Part shown: piece after piece, positions 1 to 7,787 of the stretch
How positions within the stretch are numbered: the first letter of the stretch is position 1
Layout: each line of letters opens with the position of its first letter
Source: an uncultured Fibrobacteraceae bacterium
Lineage (GTDB): Bacteria > Krumholzibacteriota > Krumholzibacteriia > LZORAL124-64-63
DNA length: 64,000 nt
Assembly: GCA_964436825.1 (NCBI GenBank)
Contig: CAYTEO010000010.1
Span: 36-64,035, forward strand
Direction of reading: 5' to 3'
The notes under the pieces: generated by a model
Told to the model about the DNA's origin: nothing
What the model saw: the letters and a program-made list of their open reading frames with translations, nothing else
The model's database searches: none
Program-made: the position numbers and the translations under genes

Positions 1-97
1 TAATAAGGTGCTCGGCCCGGGAGACGGTGTCTCCCTCCTCGCCCACCGAATCGTGTTCCACATCGTTCCAGCATTCCTCTCGCGAGGAGGGGCCGTC

Positions 98-3000
98 ATG
101 CGCGTGCTTCGCTCGTTCCTGGTATTGGTGCTTCTATCGGTGGTCGCGGTGGGCGGCCTGGCTCAACCCGTCACCACGTGTCCCAACACGATGGGGATCT
201 ACTTCGACACCGAAGCGACCGTCTACTGCTCGGACGCCGCTGCCGGTGGTCCGCTGACCTTCTACCTGATGATCACCAACCCCACCGGCGACCAGATCGC
301 CGCCTGGGAGTGCAAGGTGGAGTGGGACCAGATGGGTGGCGGGTTCTTCGGGAACTGGACGTTCGCCAACGACGGCATCAACGTCGGCGACACCAGCGAT
401 CCGCTGAACACCCTGCTGGCCGTCGGCGTGGGGGCCAATCCCATCCAGCCCCAGCCGGCCACCATCCTGGCCACCTGGAGCGGGTTCTTCGGCTACGGCA
501 CGGGCTCGGTCTTCAAGATCACCCCGTACCCCGACACGGCCAGCTTCGATCCGCCGGCTCCCGGCTACGCGATCGACGAGGTCAACCTCCAGGCCTGCGG
601 CGTCAGCTCCGGGGATTTCGACCTGCCGGTAGCGGCAATCGGCCTCGATTGTCCCGTTGTCATCCATTCTTGCACCACACCGGTCGACATCTCCGCCCTG
701 CAGTCGTACGACGAATCCGGCGCCCCGGTGTATGGCCAGGCCGATGTCCTGGTCCAGGGCACCGTGACCACCGCTCCCGGCACGGTCGTCGCGGACGGTT
801 TCTACGTCCAGGACGGGACAGGGGGCATCCTGGTCACCCGTGAGACGATGCCGTCCCTGGCGGTCGGCGATCGGGTCGAGGCGGCCGGCATCCTCGCCGA
901 CCGCGACGGCGAGATCCTGATCGCCGGCCGGACCATCACCCCGCAGGGAACCACCGCCCCCGTTCTCCCCGACACCGTCGCCCTCGTCTCCCTGGTCGAC
1001 GCCTACGACCGCGTGGCCACCCTGACCTGGACGACGGGGATCGTCGCCGCGGTGGACCAGGACAGCCTGCTGCTGCGCGCCGGGTCGGCCGAGCTGCCCG
1101 TTCTCTTCGGTCCCGGCACCGGGATCGACCCGGCCGGCATCGAGCCGGGCGACGTCCTGGAGGTCACCGGCATCCTGACGGTCCGCAACCGGCGGATCGT
1201 CCTGCTGCCGCGCTCCCGGGACGACCTGTTCGATGCGACCCCCGACTTCGGGTTCAACGTCCTGGTCGAGGGCACGGCTGTCGGCGGGACGACGTGGGAG
1301 GACTTCGACAACGTGGCCGGTGTGACGCCGACTGCCTCCAACGGCTTCGATTCCGGCTGGGACGTGATCGGTACCGGTACCCCGATCGTCTTCACCGGCA
1401 TCGACGGCTACGAGCTGGACCACGACCTGCGGCGGGAATACGACCCGGTCTACGGTTCCCGCCAGTGGCCCCTGCGCGTGACGACGCCGCGGGCGGCGGC
1501 GGACACGACGACCGTGACCCTCGTCTTCACGCCGCGCCTGCAGGGACTGACCGGCTTCCCGGTCCTGCTCCTGGATCCGGCGGCCGGCGACACCCTGGAC
1601 CTGCTGGCCGACGGCACGGTCACCTACCCGGTGCCGCCCGGTGCCGGGGACGACGTCCGCGACTTCGTGCTGGTCATCGGCAACACGCCGGGACCGTTCA
1701 GCGGCCCGCTGAGCGTCGTCCTGACGGCGACCTGCGGCGACCTGGTGGACGGCGGCAACCGGGCCGAGACGCTGGAGGGGGCCACCGACGGCTACGACCC
1801 GGCCCTGGACGTGCCCGAGGCGCCGGTGCCGCCGTCGGGCTACCTCTCCCTGGCCTTCCCCCATCCCGAGTGGGGCTCGCCGCTGGGGGACGACTTCCAG
1901 GTGGACCGGCGGGCCGTCTACAACCCCCTGCAGGAGCAGCGGGTCTGGACCTTCGCCGTCAGGACCGACCGCGCCGAGCCGGTGACGGTCACGTTCGAGC
2001 CCTCGTTCGTGCCGGCCGACGGGTTCCGGTTGCGGCTGATGGACCACACCGACGGCGTGGTGCGCGATCTCTACCCGGATCTGTCCTATACCTTCACCCC
2101 GACGCCGGGGGCGACCCGGCAGTTCGACCTGATCGTCGGCAACCCGCCGGTGCCCCTGCTGAGCCCGGTGGAGCGTGTCCTGCCTGCCGGCTGGTCGCTG
2201 ATCGGCTTCCCCCTGACCCCCGCCGCCGGCCAGAACACCCTGGGCCAGGCGGTCCAGGACGACGCGGCGTCGGTGACCTTCTTCTACAGCTACCACGGCG
2301 CCGCCGGCTACACCCTGGAGGCCGCGGAAACGGCCTTCCAGCCGGGTGACGGCTTCTGGTGCGCCTCCGTGGACTCCTTCGCCTGGACGATGGAGGGTGA
2401 GAAGGAGATCGACGGCGTCCGCGTCCCCCTGCAGCAGGGCTGGAACATCGTCGGCTACCCCCTGTGGATCCCCACCGACCTGGCCGGCGTCCGCGTCGAC
2501 CTGGGGCCGGTGCGCTACACGTTCCAGCAGGCCGTCGACCTCGGACTGGTCGCCCCGACCGTCTACGACTACGACAACGCTGCCGGCGACTACGTCACCG
2601 GAACCCAGCTGCAGACCTGGCACGGCTACTTCGTGGCGGCCTACTCGGAGGACGTCTCCCTCTGGTTCGACTACACGAACATCCCGACGAGCAAGGTGCT
2701 GCGGCCCGACCCGTTCGAGGCGATGGACGCCGACCACTGGCTCGTGACGGTCGTCCCCGACGGGGGGACGCCGATCCGGTTCGGCGTCAGCAGCGAGGCC
2801 CGGGACGGCTTCGATCCCGTCTACGACCTGCCGCTGCCGCCGCCGTCGCCCGTGGCCGCCGCGGCGCCGCGCCTGGCCCTCGTCCATCCCGAGTGGCGGT
2901 TGGCGACAGGCAGCGAGTTCGTCGCCGATGTCCAGTCGGCGGACAGCAAGGAGCACCACTGGGACGCCGTGTTGACGGTGTCCCGGCCGGGACCGGTGAC

Positions 3001-3469
3001 CCTCGATTGGAGTCGCAGCGCCTGGCCCGAGGGGGAGGACTTCCAGATCTACCTGCCCCAGCAGAACCGGGTCGTCGTCATGTCGATGCGCGACCAGAAG
3101 AGCGTGACCCTGGATGTGGGAACCGAGCCGCTGCTGGTCCGGTTCAGGACGCCCGACATGACCACAGGCGCCGATGACGTGCCGCAGGCGAGGGCGGCCC
3201 TCTCCTGCCGTCCCAACCCCTTCAACCCCCGGACGGAGATCCGGATGGTCGTCCCGCGGGCCGGAGAGGCCGTCGTCCGCGTCTTCGACGTCCAGGGACG
3301 GGTCGTCCGGACGCTCAGGGCCGGGCGGGTGGCCGCCGGGGAGCATGCCGTCACCTGGCAGGGACGGACCGACAGCGGCGGCGAGGCCGCCAGCGGCGTC
3401 TATTTCGCACGTCTCTATCTCGATGGCCGACCGACAGGCGCCATCGGCAAGATGAGTCTCGTCCGCTGA
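98..3469 (+). CDS. Large secreted protein (about 1120 aa). It has an N-terminal signal peptide, a novel N-terminal beta-rich YFD-type domain and a C-terminal T9SS-type (Por_Secre_tail / FlgD-Ig-like) sorting domain.
   Basis: In-frame ATG at 98 is preceded by GAGGAGG at 84-90. The N-terminus MRVLRSFLVLVLLSVVAVGGLAQP is a signal peptide. The C-terminal about 80 aa (NPFNPRTEIRMVV...FDVQGRVVRTL...GEHAVTWQGRTDSGGEAASGVYFARL) matches the T9SS C-terminal-domain signature. The same tail is present on four other proteins in this window. Confidence 0.8.
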   Translation: MRVLRSFLVLVLLSVVAVGGLAQPVTTCPNTMGIYFDTEATVYCSDAAAGGPLTFYLMITNPTGDQIAAWECKVEWDQMGGGFFGNWTFANDGINVGDTSDPLNTLLAVGVGANPIQPQPATILATWSGFFGYGTGSVFKITPYPDTASFDPPAPGYAIDEVNLQACGVSSGDFDLPVAAIGLDCPVVIHSCTTPVDISALQSYDESGAPVYGQADVLVQGTVTTAPGTVVADGFYVQDGTGGILVTRETMPSLAVGDRVEAAGILADRDGEILIAGRTITPQGTTAPVLPDTVALVSLVDAYDRVATLTWTTGIVAAVDQDSLLLRAGSAELPVLFGPGTGIDPAGIEPGDVLEVTGILTVRNRRIVLLPRSRDDLFDATPDFGFNVLVEGTAVGGTTWEDFDNVAGVTPTASNGFDSGWDVIGTGTPIVFTGIDGYELDHDLRREYDPVYGSRQWPLRVTTPRAAADTTTVTLVFTPRLQGLTGFPVLLLDPAAGDTLDLLADGTVTYPVPPGAGDDVRDFVLVIGNTPGPFSGPLSVVLTATCGDLVDGGNRAETLEGATDGYDPALDVPEAPVPPSGYLSLAFPHPEWGSPLGDDFQVDRRAVYNPLQEQRVWTFAVRTDRAEPVTVTFEPSFVPADGFRLRLMDHTDGVVRDLYPDLSYTFTPTPGATRQFDLIVGNPPVPLLSPVERVLPAGWSLIGFPLTPAAGQNTLGQAVQDDAASVTFFYSYHGAAGYTLEAAETAFQPGDGFWCASVDSFAWTMEGEKEIDGVRVPLQQGWNIVGYPLWIPTDLAGVRVDLGPVRYTFQQAVDLGLVAPTVYDYDNAAGDYVTGTQLQTWHGYFVAAYSEDVSLWFDYTNIPTSKVLRPDPFEAMDADHWLVTVVPDGGTPIRFGVSSEARDGFDPVYDLPLPPPSPVAAAAPRLALVHPEWRLATGSEFVADVQSADSKEHHWDAVLTVSRPGPVTLDWSRSAWPEGEDFQIYLPQQNRVVVMSMRDQKSVTLDVGTEPLLVRFRTPDMTTGADDVPQARAALSCRPNPFNPRTEIRMVVPRAGEAVVRVFDVQGRVVRTLRAGRVAAGEHAVTWQGRTDSGGEAASGVYFARLYLDGRPTGAIGKMSLVR

Positions 3470-3493
3470 CGGCACGTGGTATGTCCATGCTGG

Positions 3494-3516
3494 CCGGGGT
3501 CCCTGGTGGACCCCGG
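3494..3516 (+). terminator. GC-rich hairpin downstream of the first CDS (9-bp stem ccggggtcc/ggaccccgg, loop ctggt) with no U-tract. It is a terminator-like structure.
   Basis: Perfect inverted repeat 25 nt after the stop at 3469. No T-run follows, so intrinsic termination is uncertain. Confidence 0.3.
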
Positions 3517-3616
3517 TCAGCCATTCAGGTAGGATCGTCGCGGGTGCTCCCCGGCGGTGTCCTCACGGTCCCGATCTCCCCTCAAGCCCCCGCACCAGGA
3601 GCCGACAACCTCGACC

Positions 3617-4267
3617 ATGAAGACCTACGACGCCACCTACCAGCAGCACCCGGCCTACTTCGGCACCGAGCCGGAGGGGATCCTCGTCTCCTTCCAGGAG
3701 CGGATCCGCCCGGGCGGGCGGGTCCTGGACATCGGGGTGGGGCAGGGGCGCCATGCCCTGCCGCTGGCGAGGGCCGGTTACCGGGTGGTCGGGATCGACA
3801 CCTCGGCCCGGGCCATCGCGGACACGCGTGCGGCGGCGGAGTCGGAGGGGCTCGAGATCGAGCTCGTCCAGGCCGACTTCCTGGACTATTTCCCCGAGGC
3901 GCCGTTCGACGCCGTCCTGGCCTTCGGCCTGATGCAGACCCTGTCGCGCAGCGGGTGCGCCAGTCTCGTCCACCGCTGCCACATGTGGACCGAGCCGGGC
4001 TCCGTCCTGATGCTGACGGCCTGGCACGTGGACGATCCGTCCTACGACCGGGTCCGTGACGAGTGGGAGAAGGTGGGTCTGCACAGCTTCCGCAGCCCCG
4101 CAGGGGAGTACCGGACGTACCTGGCGCGTGGGGTCATACGGAATCTCTTCCGCGGCTGGAAGTCCCTCCATCACCGGGAATACCTGGGTCCCGCGCACCG
4201 CCACGGCGACGGTCTCGAGCACCGGCATGGGGTCATCGAGCTGGTCGCCGTCCGCAAGCTGTACTGA
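3617..4267 (+). CDS. Class I SAM-dependent methyltransferase (TehB/UbiE-like small-molecule or peptide methyltransferase fold)
   Basis: Internal ATG at 3617 (MKTYDATYQ) within ORF 3557-4267. The glycine-rich SAM motif VLDIGVGQGRHALPLARAGYRVVGIDTS and an acidic loop are typical of Rossmann-fold methyltransferases. Confidence 0.8.
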   Translation: MKTYDATYQQHPAYFGTEPEGILVSFQERIRPGGRVLDIGVGQGRHALPLARAGYRVVGIDTSARAIADTRAAAESEGLEIELVQADFLDYFPEAPFDAVLAFGLMQTLSRSGCASLVHRCHMWTEPGSVLMLTAWHVDDPSYDRVRDEWEKVGLHSFRSPAGEYRTYLARGVIRNLFRGWKSLHHREYLGPAHRHGDGLEHRHGVIELVAVRKLY

Positions 4268-4511
4268 CCGGGGAAAAGAGATCGCCGGGAGCCGTCCTGG
4301 AGGTACTCCCTCGCCCAGTGAGTACCCCTGTCAGGAACGACTCCCGGCTTCCGGCATGGGACGATAGTAATATCAGTGTTGTTTGACCTGCACCACTGTC
4401 CCGGATGTGTTCGCCCGTCTCGAAAAGAAACAGCCCACGCCAGCTCGTGAAGGCTATCTCCCTCGCGCCATCCTTAACAATCCACGAGCCGGGAAAGTGC
4501 TGCACACTTTT

Positions 4512-4540
4512 TTGTTGTATGTGATAACCTGCCGGATATC
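4512..4540 (+). promoter_or_regulatory. Putative sigma70-type promoter (-35 TTGTTG 4512-4517, 17-nt spacer, -10 GATATC 4535-4540) inside a conspicuously AT-rich pocket upstream of the Cys-rich mini-ORF
   Basis: Segment 4370-4545 (gatagtaatatcagtgttgtttgacc ... cacttttttgttgtatgtgataacc) is far more AT-rich than the flanking 70% GC sequence. The hexamers are spaced 17 nt apart and sit about 25 nt upstream of the SD AAGGGAG and ATG 4563. Confidence 0.35.
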
Positions 4541-4562
4541 CGCTCAGAGAAGGGAGCACGGG

Positions 4563-4745
4563 ATGATCGAACTGGTTGACGAGACCATCGCGGAACAGGG
4601 GGATTTCACTCTGGCCGGCAATTGCAACTGCTCGTGCGGCTGCCTGGAGAGCCTGGCCGACGATGCGGTGGGACCCGTCGGGGCCGACAAGGCTTCCGAG
4701 TCGTCGGCCACCTACACCGGCAACGAATACGACATCAACGGCTGA
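4563..4745 (+). CDS. Candidate RiPP precursor peptide (60 aa): MIELVDETIAEQGDFTLAGNCNCSCGCLESLADDAVGPVGADKASESSATYTGNEYDING. It has a Cys cluster CNCSCGC and an acidic C-terminal region.
   Basis: ATG at 4563 is the internal Met 61 of track ORF 4383-4745. It is preceded by AAGGGAG 7 nt upstream. The peptide is small and Cys-rich. Its stop TGA 4743-4745 lies 5 nt before a candidate TTG start of the radical SAM/SPASM gene. The promoter-like AT-rich island lies immediately upstream, and the upstream part of the 120-aa track ORF contains that island. Confidence 0.6.
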   Translation: MIELVDETIAEQGDFTLAGNCNCSCGCLESLADDAVGPVGADKASESSATYTGNEYDING

Positions 4746-4749
4746 CGTC

Positions 4750-6249
4750 TTGTCCCCCGAACCTCCCCTCTGCCATGTCTTCAGGCACGAGCAGCGGTGG
4801 TTCGTCTACGACGCGGGCAGCGATCGGCTGCTGAGGGTGGACGACTGCCTGGCGGACGTCCTGGGTGCCTGGCAGCGCGTGGGGACTCCCGCTGCCATCG
4901 CGGGCGAGATGGCGGGCAGACGATCGCCGGCCGCGGTGGCGCGTGCCCTGCACGAGATCGCGGACGCTCGCAACCGCGGCCTCCTGTTGCCTGCTGCACC
5001 GGTCCTCGCGGCCCCCGCGACGGACGAGACCGCCGATCTCTACGCCCATGGTCAACAACACCTCGCCCTCACGGTCACCGAGGACTGCAATCTGCGTTGC
5101 CGGTACTGCCTGCACGGTTCGACCAACCCCTGGATCCGCCCGCACCGTCCCCGGTGCATGCCACGACAGACCGCTCTGCGTGCCGTCGCCACCTTCCTGG
5201 ACCACGCCGACCGGACGGCGCTGCCGATCGTCTCCTTCTACGGGGGAGAGCCGCTGCTGAACCTGCCGGTGATCGAGGCGGTCTGCGACCTCGTCGCCAG
5301 GCACCCCCGCGGTCGCGACGTGCGCCTGGTCGTCGATACCAACGGTACCCGGCTGGTGGGTGCGGCGGAGCTGATCCGTCGCCACGGTCTGTTCCTGCAG
5401 GTGAGTCTCGACGGTCCGGCCTCCGTCCACGACCGCTACAGGGTGAGCCGCGGGAAACGTCCCACCCACCGTCGCGTCGAGGACAACCTGACGCGCCTGC
5501 TGGCGGAGGACCCTTCCCTGGCACGTCGCCTGCGGATCCAGGTCACTCTCATGCCGGACACCGACCTCGAGGCCATCGACGCCTACTTCGCCGACTTTCC
5601 ACCCTTTCGCCGGAACGGCCTGCCCGGCTCGCCGTCTCTGGGGGTGACGGCCGCCAACCTGGCAGGCGTGCCGGTGGCGCGGGAGGTCCTGACGGCCCGT
5701 AACCTAGAACGTCGCCGCCGGTCCCTGGAGGAGGCCCGCCGGCGGTTCGTCGCCGCCTGTCGCGAAGGGCGCCGTCGGGAACTGGGACCGGTGACCAGGG
5801 CCCTGTTCGAACCTCGGCTCATCCGGTGGTACCACCGCTCCCGTGGGGTGATACCCGGGCGGCTCCGGCCGACCGGATGTTGCCTGCCCGGCGTGCGCAA
5901 GGTCCATGTGCGCGCCGACGGCGTCCTGCAGCCGTGCGAGCGGGTGGGACAGACGATGTCCCTGGGAACGGTCGCCGGCTGGATCGAGCCGGCGGCCGTC
6001 CGTGGCCTGTGGGAGCGTTTCCTGGAGGCCCTGGGCGACCGCTGCCGCGACTGCTGGGCGGTGCGTCACTGCGACCTGTGCTTCACGGTGCTGGCACCCC
6101 ACTGGGACCGGGGACCCGCGCCGGCCCTGCCGGAGCGTCTCTGCCGGGCGGTGCGTCGCCGGCTGGAGGACGACCTGCGACTCTACGCCTCTGTCCGTGG
6201 CGAGGATGGACGCGGCACGGCATGGTTGCGGGACACGAGAGTGGCCTGA
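4750..6249 (+). CDS. Radical SAM/SPASM-domain peptide-modifying enzyme (RiPP maturase; anSME/SCIFF-maturase-like architecture)
   Basis: The radical SAM motif CNLRCRYC is followed by GGEPLL. A C-terminal SPASM-type Cys cluster (GCCLPG...C...CRDCWAVRHCDLC) is present. The N-terminal about 90 aa (RWFVYDAGSDRLLRVDDCLADVL...) precede the core and could be a peptide-binding (RRE-like) region. The start is uncertain. TTG at 4750 would give translational coupling with the precursor. Alternative in-frame GTG codons lie at 4777 and 4837. The track ORF start at 4576 overlaps the precursor and was rejected. Confidence 0.85.
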   Translation: MSPEPPLCHVFRHEQRWFVYDAGSDRLLRVDDCLADVLGAWQRVGTPAAIAGEMAGRRSPAAVARALHEIADARNRGLLLPAAPVLAAPATDETADLYAHGQQHLALTVTEDCNLRCRYCLHGSTNPWIRPHRPRCMPRQTALRAVATFLDHADRTALPIVSFYGGEPLLNLPVIEAVCDLVARHPRGRDVRLVVDTNGTRLVGAAELIRRHGLFLQVSLDGPASVHDRYRVSRGKRPTHRRVEDNLTRLLAEDPSLARRLRIQVTLMPDTDLEAIDAYFADFPPFRRNGLPGSPSLGVTAANLAGVPVAREVLTARNLERRRRSLEEARRRFVAACREGRRRELGPVTRALFEPRLIRWYHRSRGVIPGRLRPTGCCLPGVRKVHVRADGVLQPCERVGQTMSLGTVAGWIEPAAVRGLWERFLEALGDRCRDCWAVRHCDLCFTVLAPHWDRGPAPALPERLCRAVRRRLEDDLRLYASVRGEDGRGTAWLRDTRVA

Positions 6250-6256
6250 GGCTGGC

Positions 6257-6982
6257 TCAGCGGCGGGTGGAGTCGGCGGCGGCGGCGAGCGCGTCCTCGG
6301 CCGGGATACCCTTCAGCAGGACGAAATCACCCAGTTCCGGCGCATGGGCCAGCCAGCGCTGGAATCGAAAAGGAGTGCCGTCGACCACGGCCGTCGAATC
6401 GGGCAGCTGCGGCAGCAGATTCGCGTTGGCCGCCTCTATGATGGAGTGAAAGCGGCCGGAGCGGACCAGTGCACTGAACTCCGCGGAGATGTCTGACTCG
6501 AGGGCATAGCCTGTGGTGGTGGTTTCACCGTCGACGATGGCCAGGTAGCTGCCGGTCACGAAGCGACCGGACGCGTTCTCGATGCCGAGCAGGCGCACCA
6601 GTCGGTCCTGCCCGGCCCGGTGGATGGCGTCGATCGTACCGGCCCTTTCCATCTTCCTGGCGATCGCTTCCTGGGATGGCACCTCGTCCATGGTGGAGGA
6701 GAACACGTTGTTGTCGCCGGCGAACCGCGTCATGACCAGCGTGTTGTCGTCGAGCAGGACCGCGTCAGCATACCGGAATCCATAGCTGACCAGCGAGGGC
6801 TGGCGCACCAGGGCCCCCGAGAACACCAGGAAGGTCGCCAGCGCCAGCGTTGCCTGACGCCGCCGCCGCCGCACACGGAACCTGTGCTGCAAGCGGGCGG
6901 CCAGGGCCTCGCGATGATCCGTGTCGATCCGTGGCTGGACCGCCAGGGACGCAAGATGCTGCTCCAGATCGTTCCAGGTCAC
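6257..6982 (-). CDS. Anti-sigma factor (single TM, cytoplasmic N-terminal anti-sigma region, periplasmic C-terminal domain)
   Basis: It overlaps the upstream ECF sigma gene by 4 nt (ATGA). The N-terminal region is followed by the Arg-rich RVRRRRRQATLALATFLVFSGALV transmembrane segment. This is the typical partner arrangement for ECF sigma factors. Confidence 0.6.
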   Translation of the reverse strand: MTWNDLEQHLASLAVQPRIDTDHREALAARLQHRFRVRRRRRQATLALATFLVFSGALVRQPSLVSYGFRYADAVLLDDNTLVMTRFAGDNNVFSSTMDEVPSQEAIARKMERAGTIDAIHRAGQDRLVRLLGIENASGRFVTGSYLAIVDGETTTTGYALESDISAEFSALVRSGRFHSIIEAANANLLPQLPDSTAVVDGTPFRFQRWLAHAPELGDFVLLKGIPAEDALAAAADSTRR

Positions 6983-7635
6983 GATGCTCGCTCCATCAAG
7001 GTCCGCAGACGACCGAGCGCACGGCTGACCCGGGCCCGGACGGTTCCTGCCGGTACGTTCCTGATGACGGCGATCTCGCGGTAGGTCAGGCCGTCCAGGT
7101 AGTGCATCAGGAGATCCTCACGCATCGTCTCGTCCAGCTCCTGCAAGCACTGCAGGAGGCGGCGTCGCTGCCGGGAGTGGATCGCCCGCGTCAGGGGATC
7201 CGCCTGCTCGTCGACCAGCACGTCCTCGCCGATGACGTTCTCGGGCAGCTCCGTGTACCGCCACAGAGCACGGGACCGGTGGTGCTTCCGCAACAGGTTC
7301 AGCGCGATCCGGAACAGCCAACCCCCGAACGTCACCCCCTGCCAGCGAAAGGTCCAGAGCCGGTCCAGGGCCCGCTCGAACGTCTCGCCGGTCAGATCCT
7401 CCGCCACTTCCAGGTCCAGTGTCCGCTGGTAGAAGAAGCGGAGGATGCGGTCATAGTACTTGCGATAGAAGTAGTCGAACTTCTCGTGATCGACCCTGGC
7501 CAGCAACAACCATCGCTTCTCGATGGCCAGCTCCTCGTCCGACGCCTCCGGTTCCTGTGCTGTCGCCGGCGGTGCGGACGCGCGAGGAGGATCGATCCCG
7601 GGGAACTTCCGCTTATTCCAATCCTCAGAGGCCAA
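6979..7635 (-). CDS. RNA polymerase sigma-70 family ECF sigma factor
   Basis: Region 2 (FDYFYRKYYDRILRFFYQR, ETFERAL) and region 4 HTH (LTYREIAVIRNVPAGTVRARVSRALGRL) are present. The first track codon is TTG at 7635. The true start could be slightly downstream. Confidence 0.8.
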   Translation of the reverse strand: MASEDWNKRKFPGIDPPRASAPPATAQEPEASDEELAIEKRWLLLARVDHEKFDYFYRKYYDRILRFFYQRTLDLEVAEDLTGETFERALDRLWTFRWQGVTFGGWLFRIALNLLRKHHRSRALWRYTELPENVIGEDVLVDEQADPLTRAIHSRQRRRLLQCLQELDETMREDLLMHYLDGLTYREIAVIRNVPAGTVRARVSRALGRLRTLMERAS

Positions 7636-7678
7636 AACTGCTGCCCGCCTTTTTGGGGATGAGTTGCAACTGACCGTG

Positions 7679-7707
7679 ATGATAGCAGTTATTCACACCG
7701 CCGACAA
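7679..7707 (-). promoter_or_regulatory. Putative promoter for the sigma/anti-sigma operon (minus strand: -35 TTGTCG, 17-nt spacer, -10 TATCAT)
   Basis: Read on the minus strand from the plus-strand motifs cgacaa (7702-7707) and atgata (7679-7684). It is located about 40 nt upstream of the sigma start in a locally AT-rich stretch. Confidence 0.35.
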
Positions 7708-7787
7708 CCCCCCGCCCCCGTCTTGTCCCCTGCCGGAGCCTCTGCTACCTTGCCTGGACACGTCACCGTCGCCGGGAAAGGACAGCC

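Noticed and set aside
134-3475. 1113-aa minus-strand ORF antisense to the first large CDS
   Set aside because: Typical high-GC shadow ORF. It has an R/G/P/A/D-rich composition, no signal or catalytic motifs, no SD, and it fully overlaps a gene with strong signal-peptide and T9SS-CTD evidence on the other strand.
4383-4562. Upstream 60 codons of track ORF 4383-4745 (the long form of the precursor ORF)
   Set aside because: There is no SD before 4383. The segment contains the AT-rich promoter-like island itself. The internal ATG 4563 has a strong SD, so the 60-aa form is far more plausible.
4576-4749. Track start of the radical SAM ORF at 4576 (MTRPSRNRG...)
   Set aside because: It would overlap the whole precursor ORF in another frame with Pro/Arg/Thr-rich low-complexity sequence. 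A start just after the precursor stop (TTG 4750 or a nearby GTG) fits rSAM-SPASM protein lengths.
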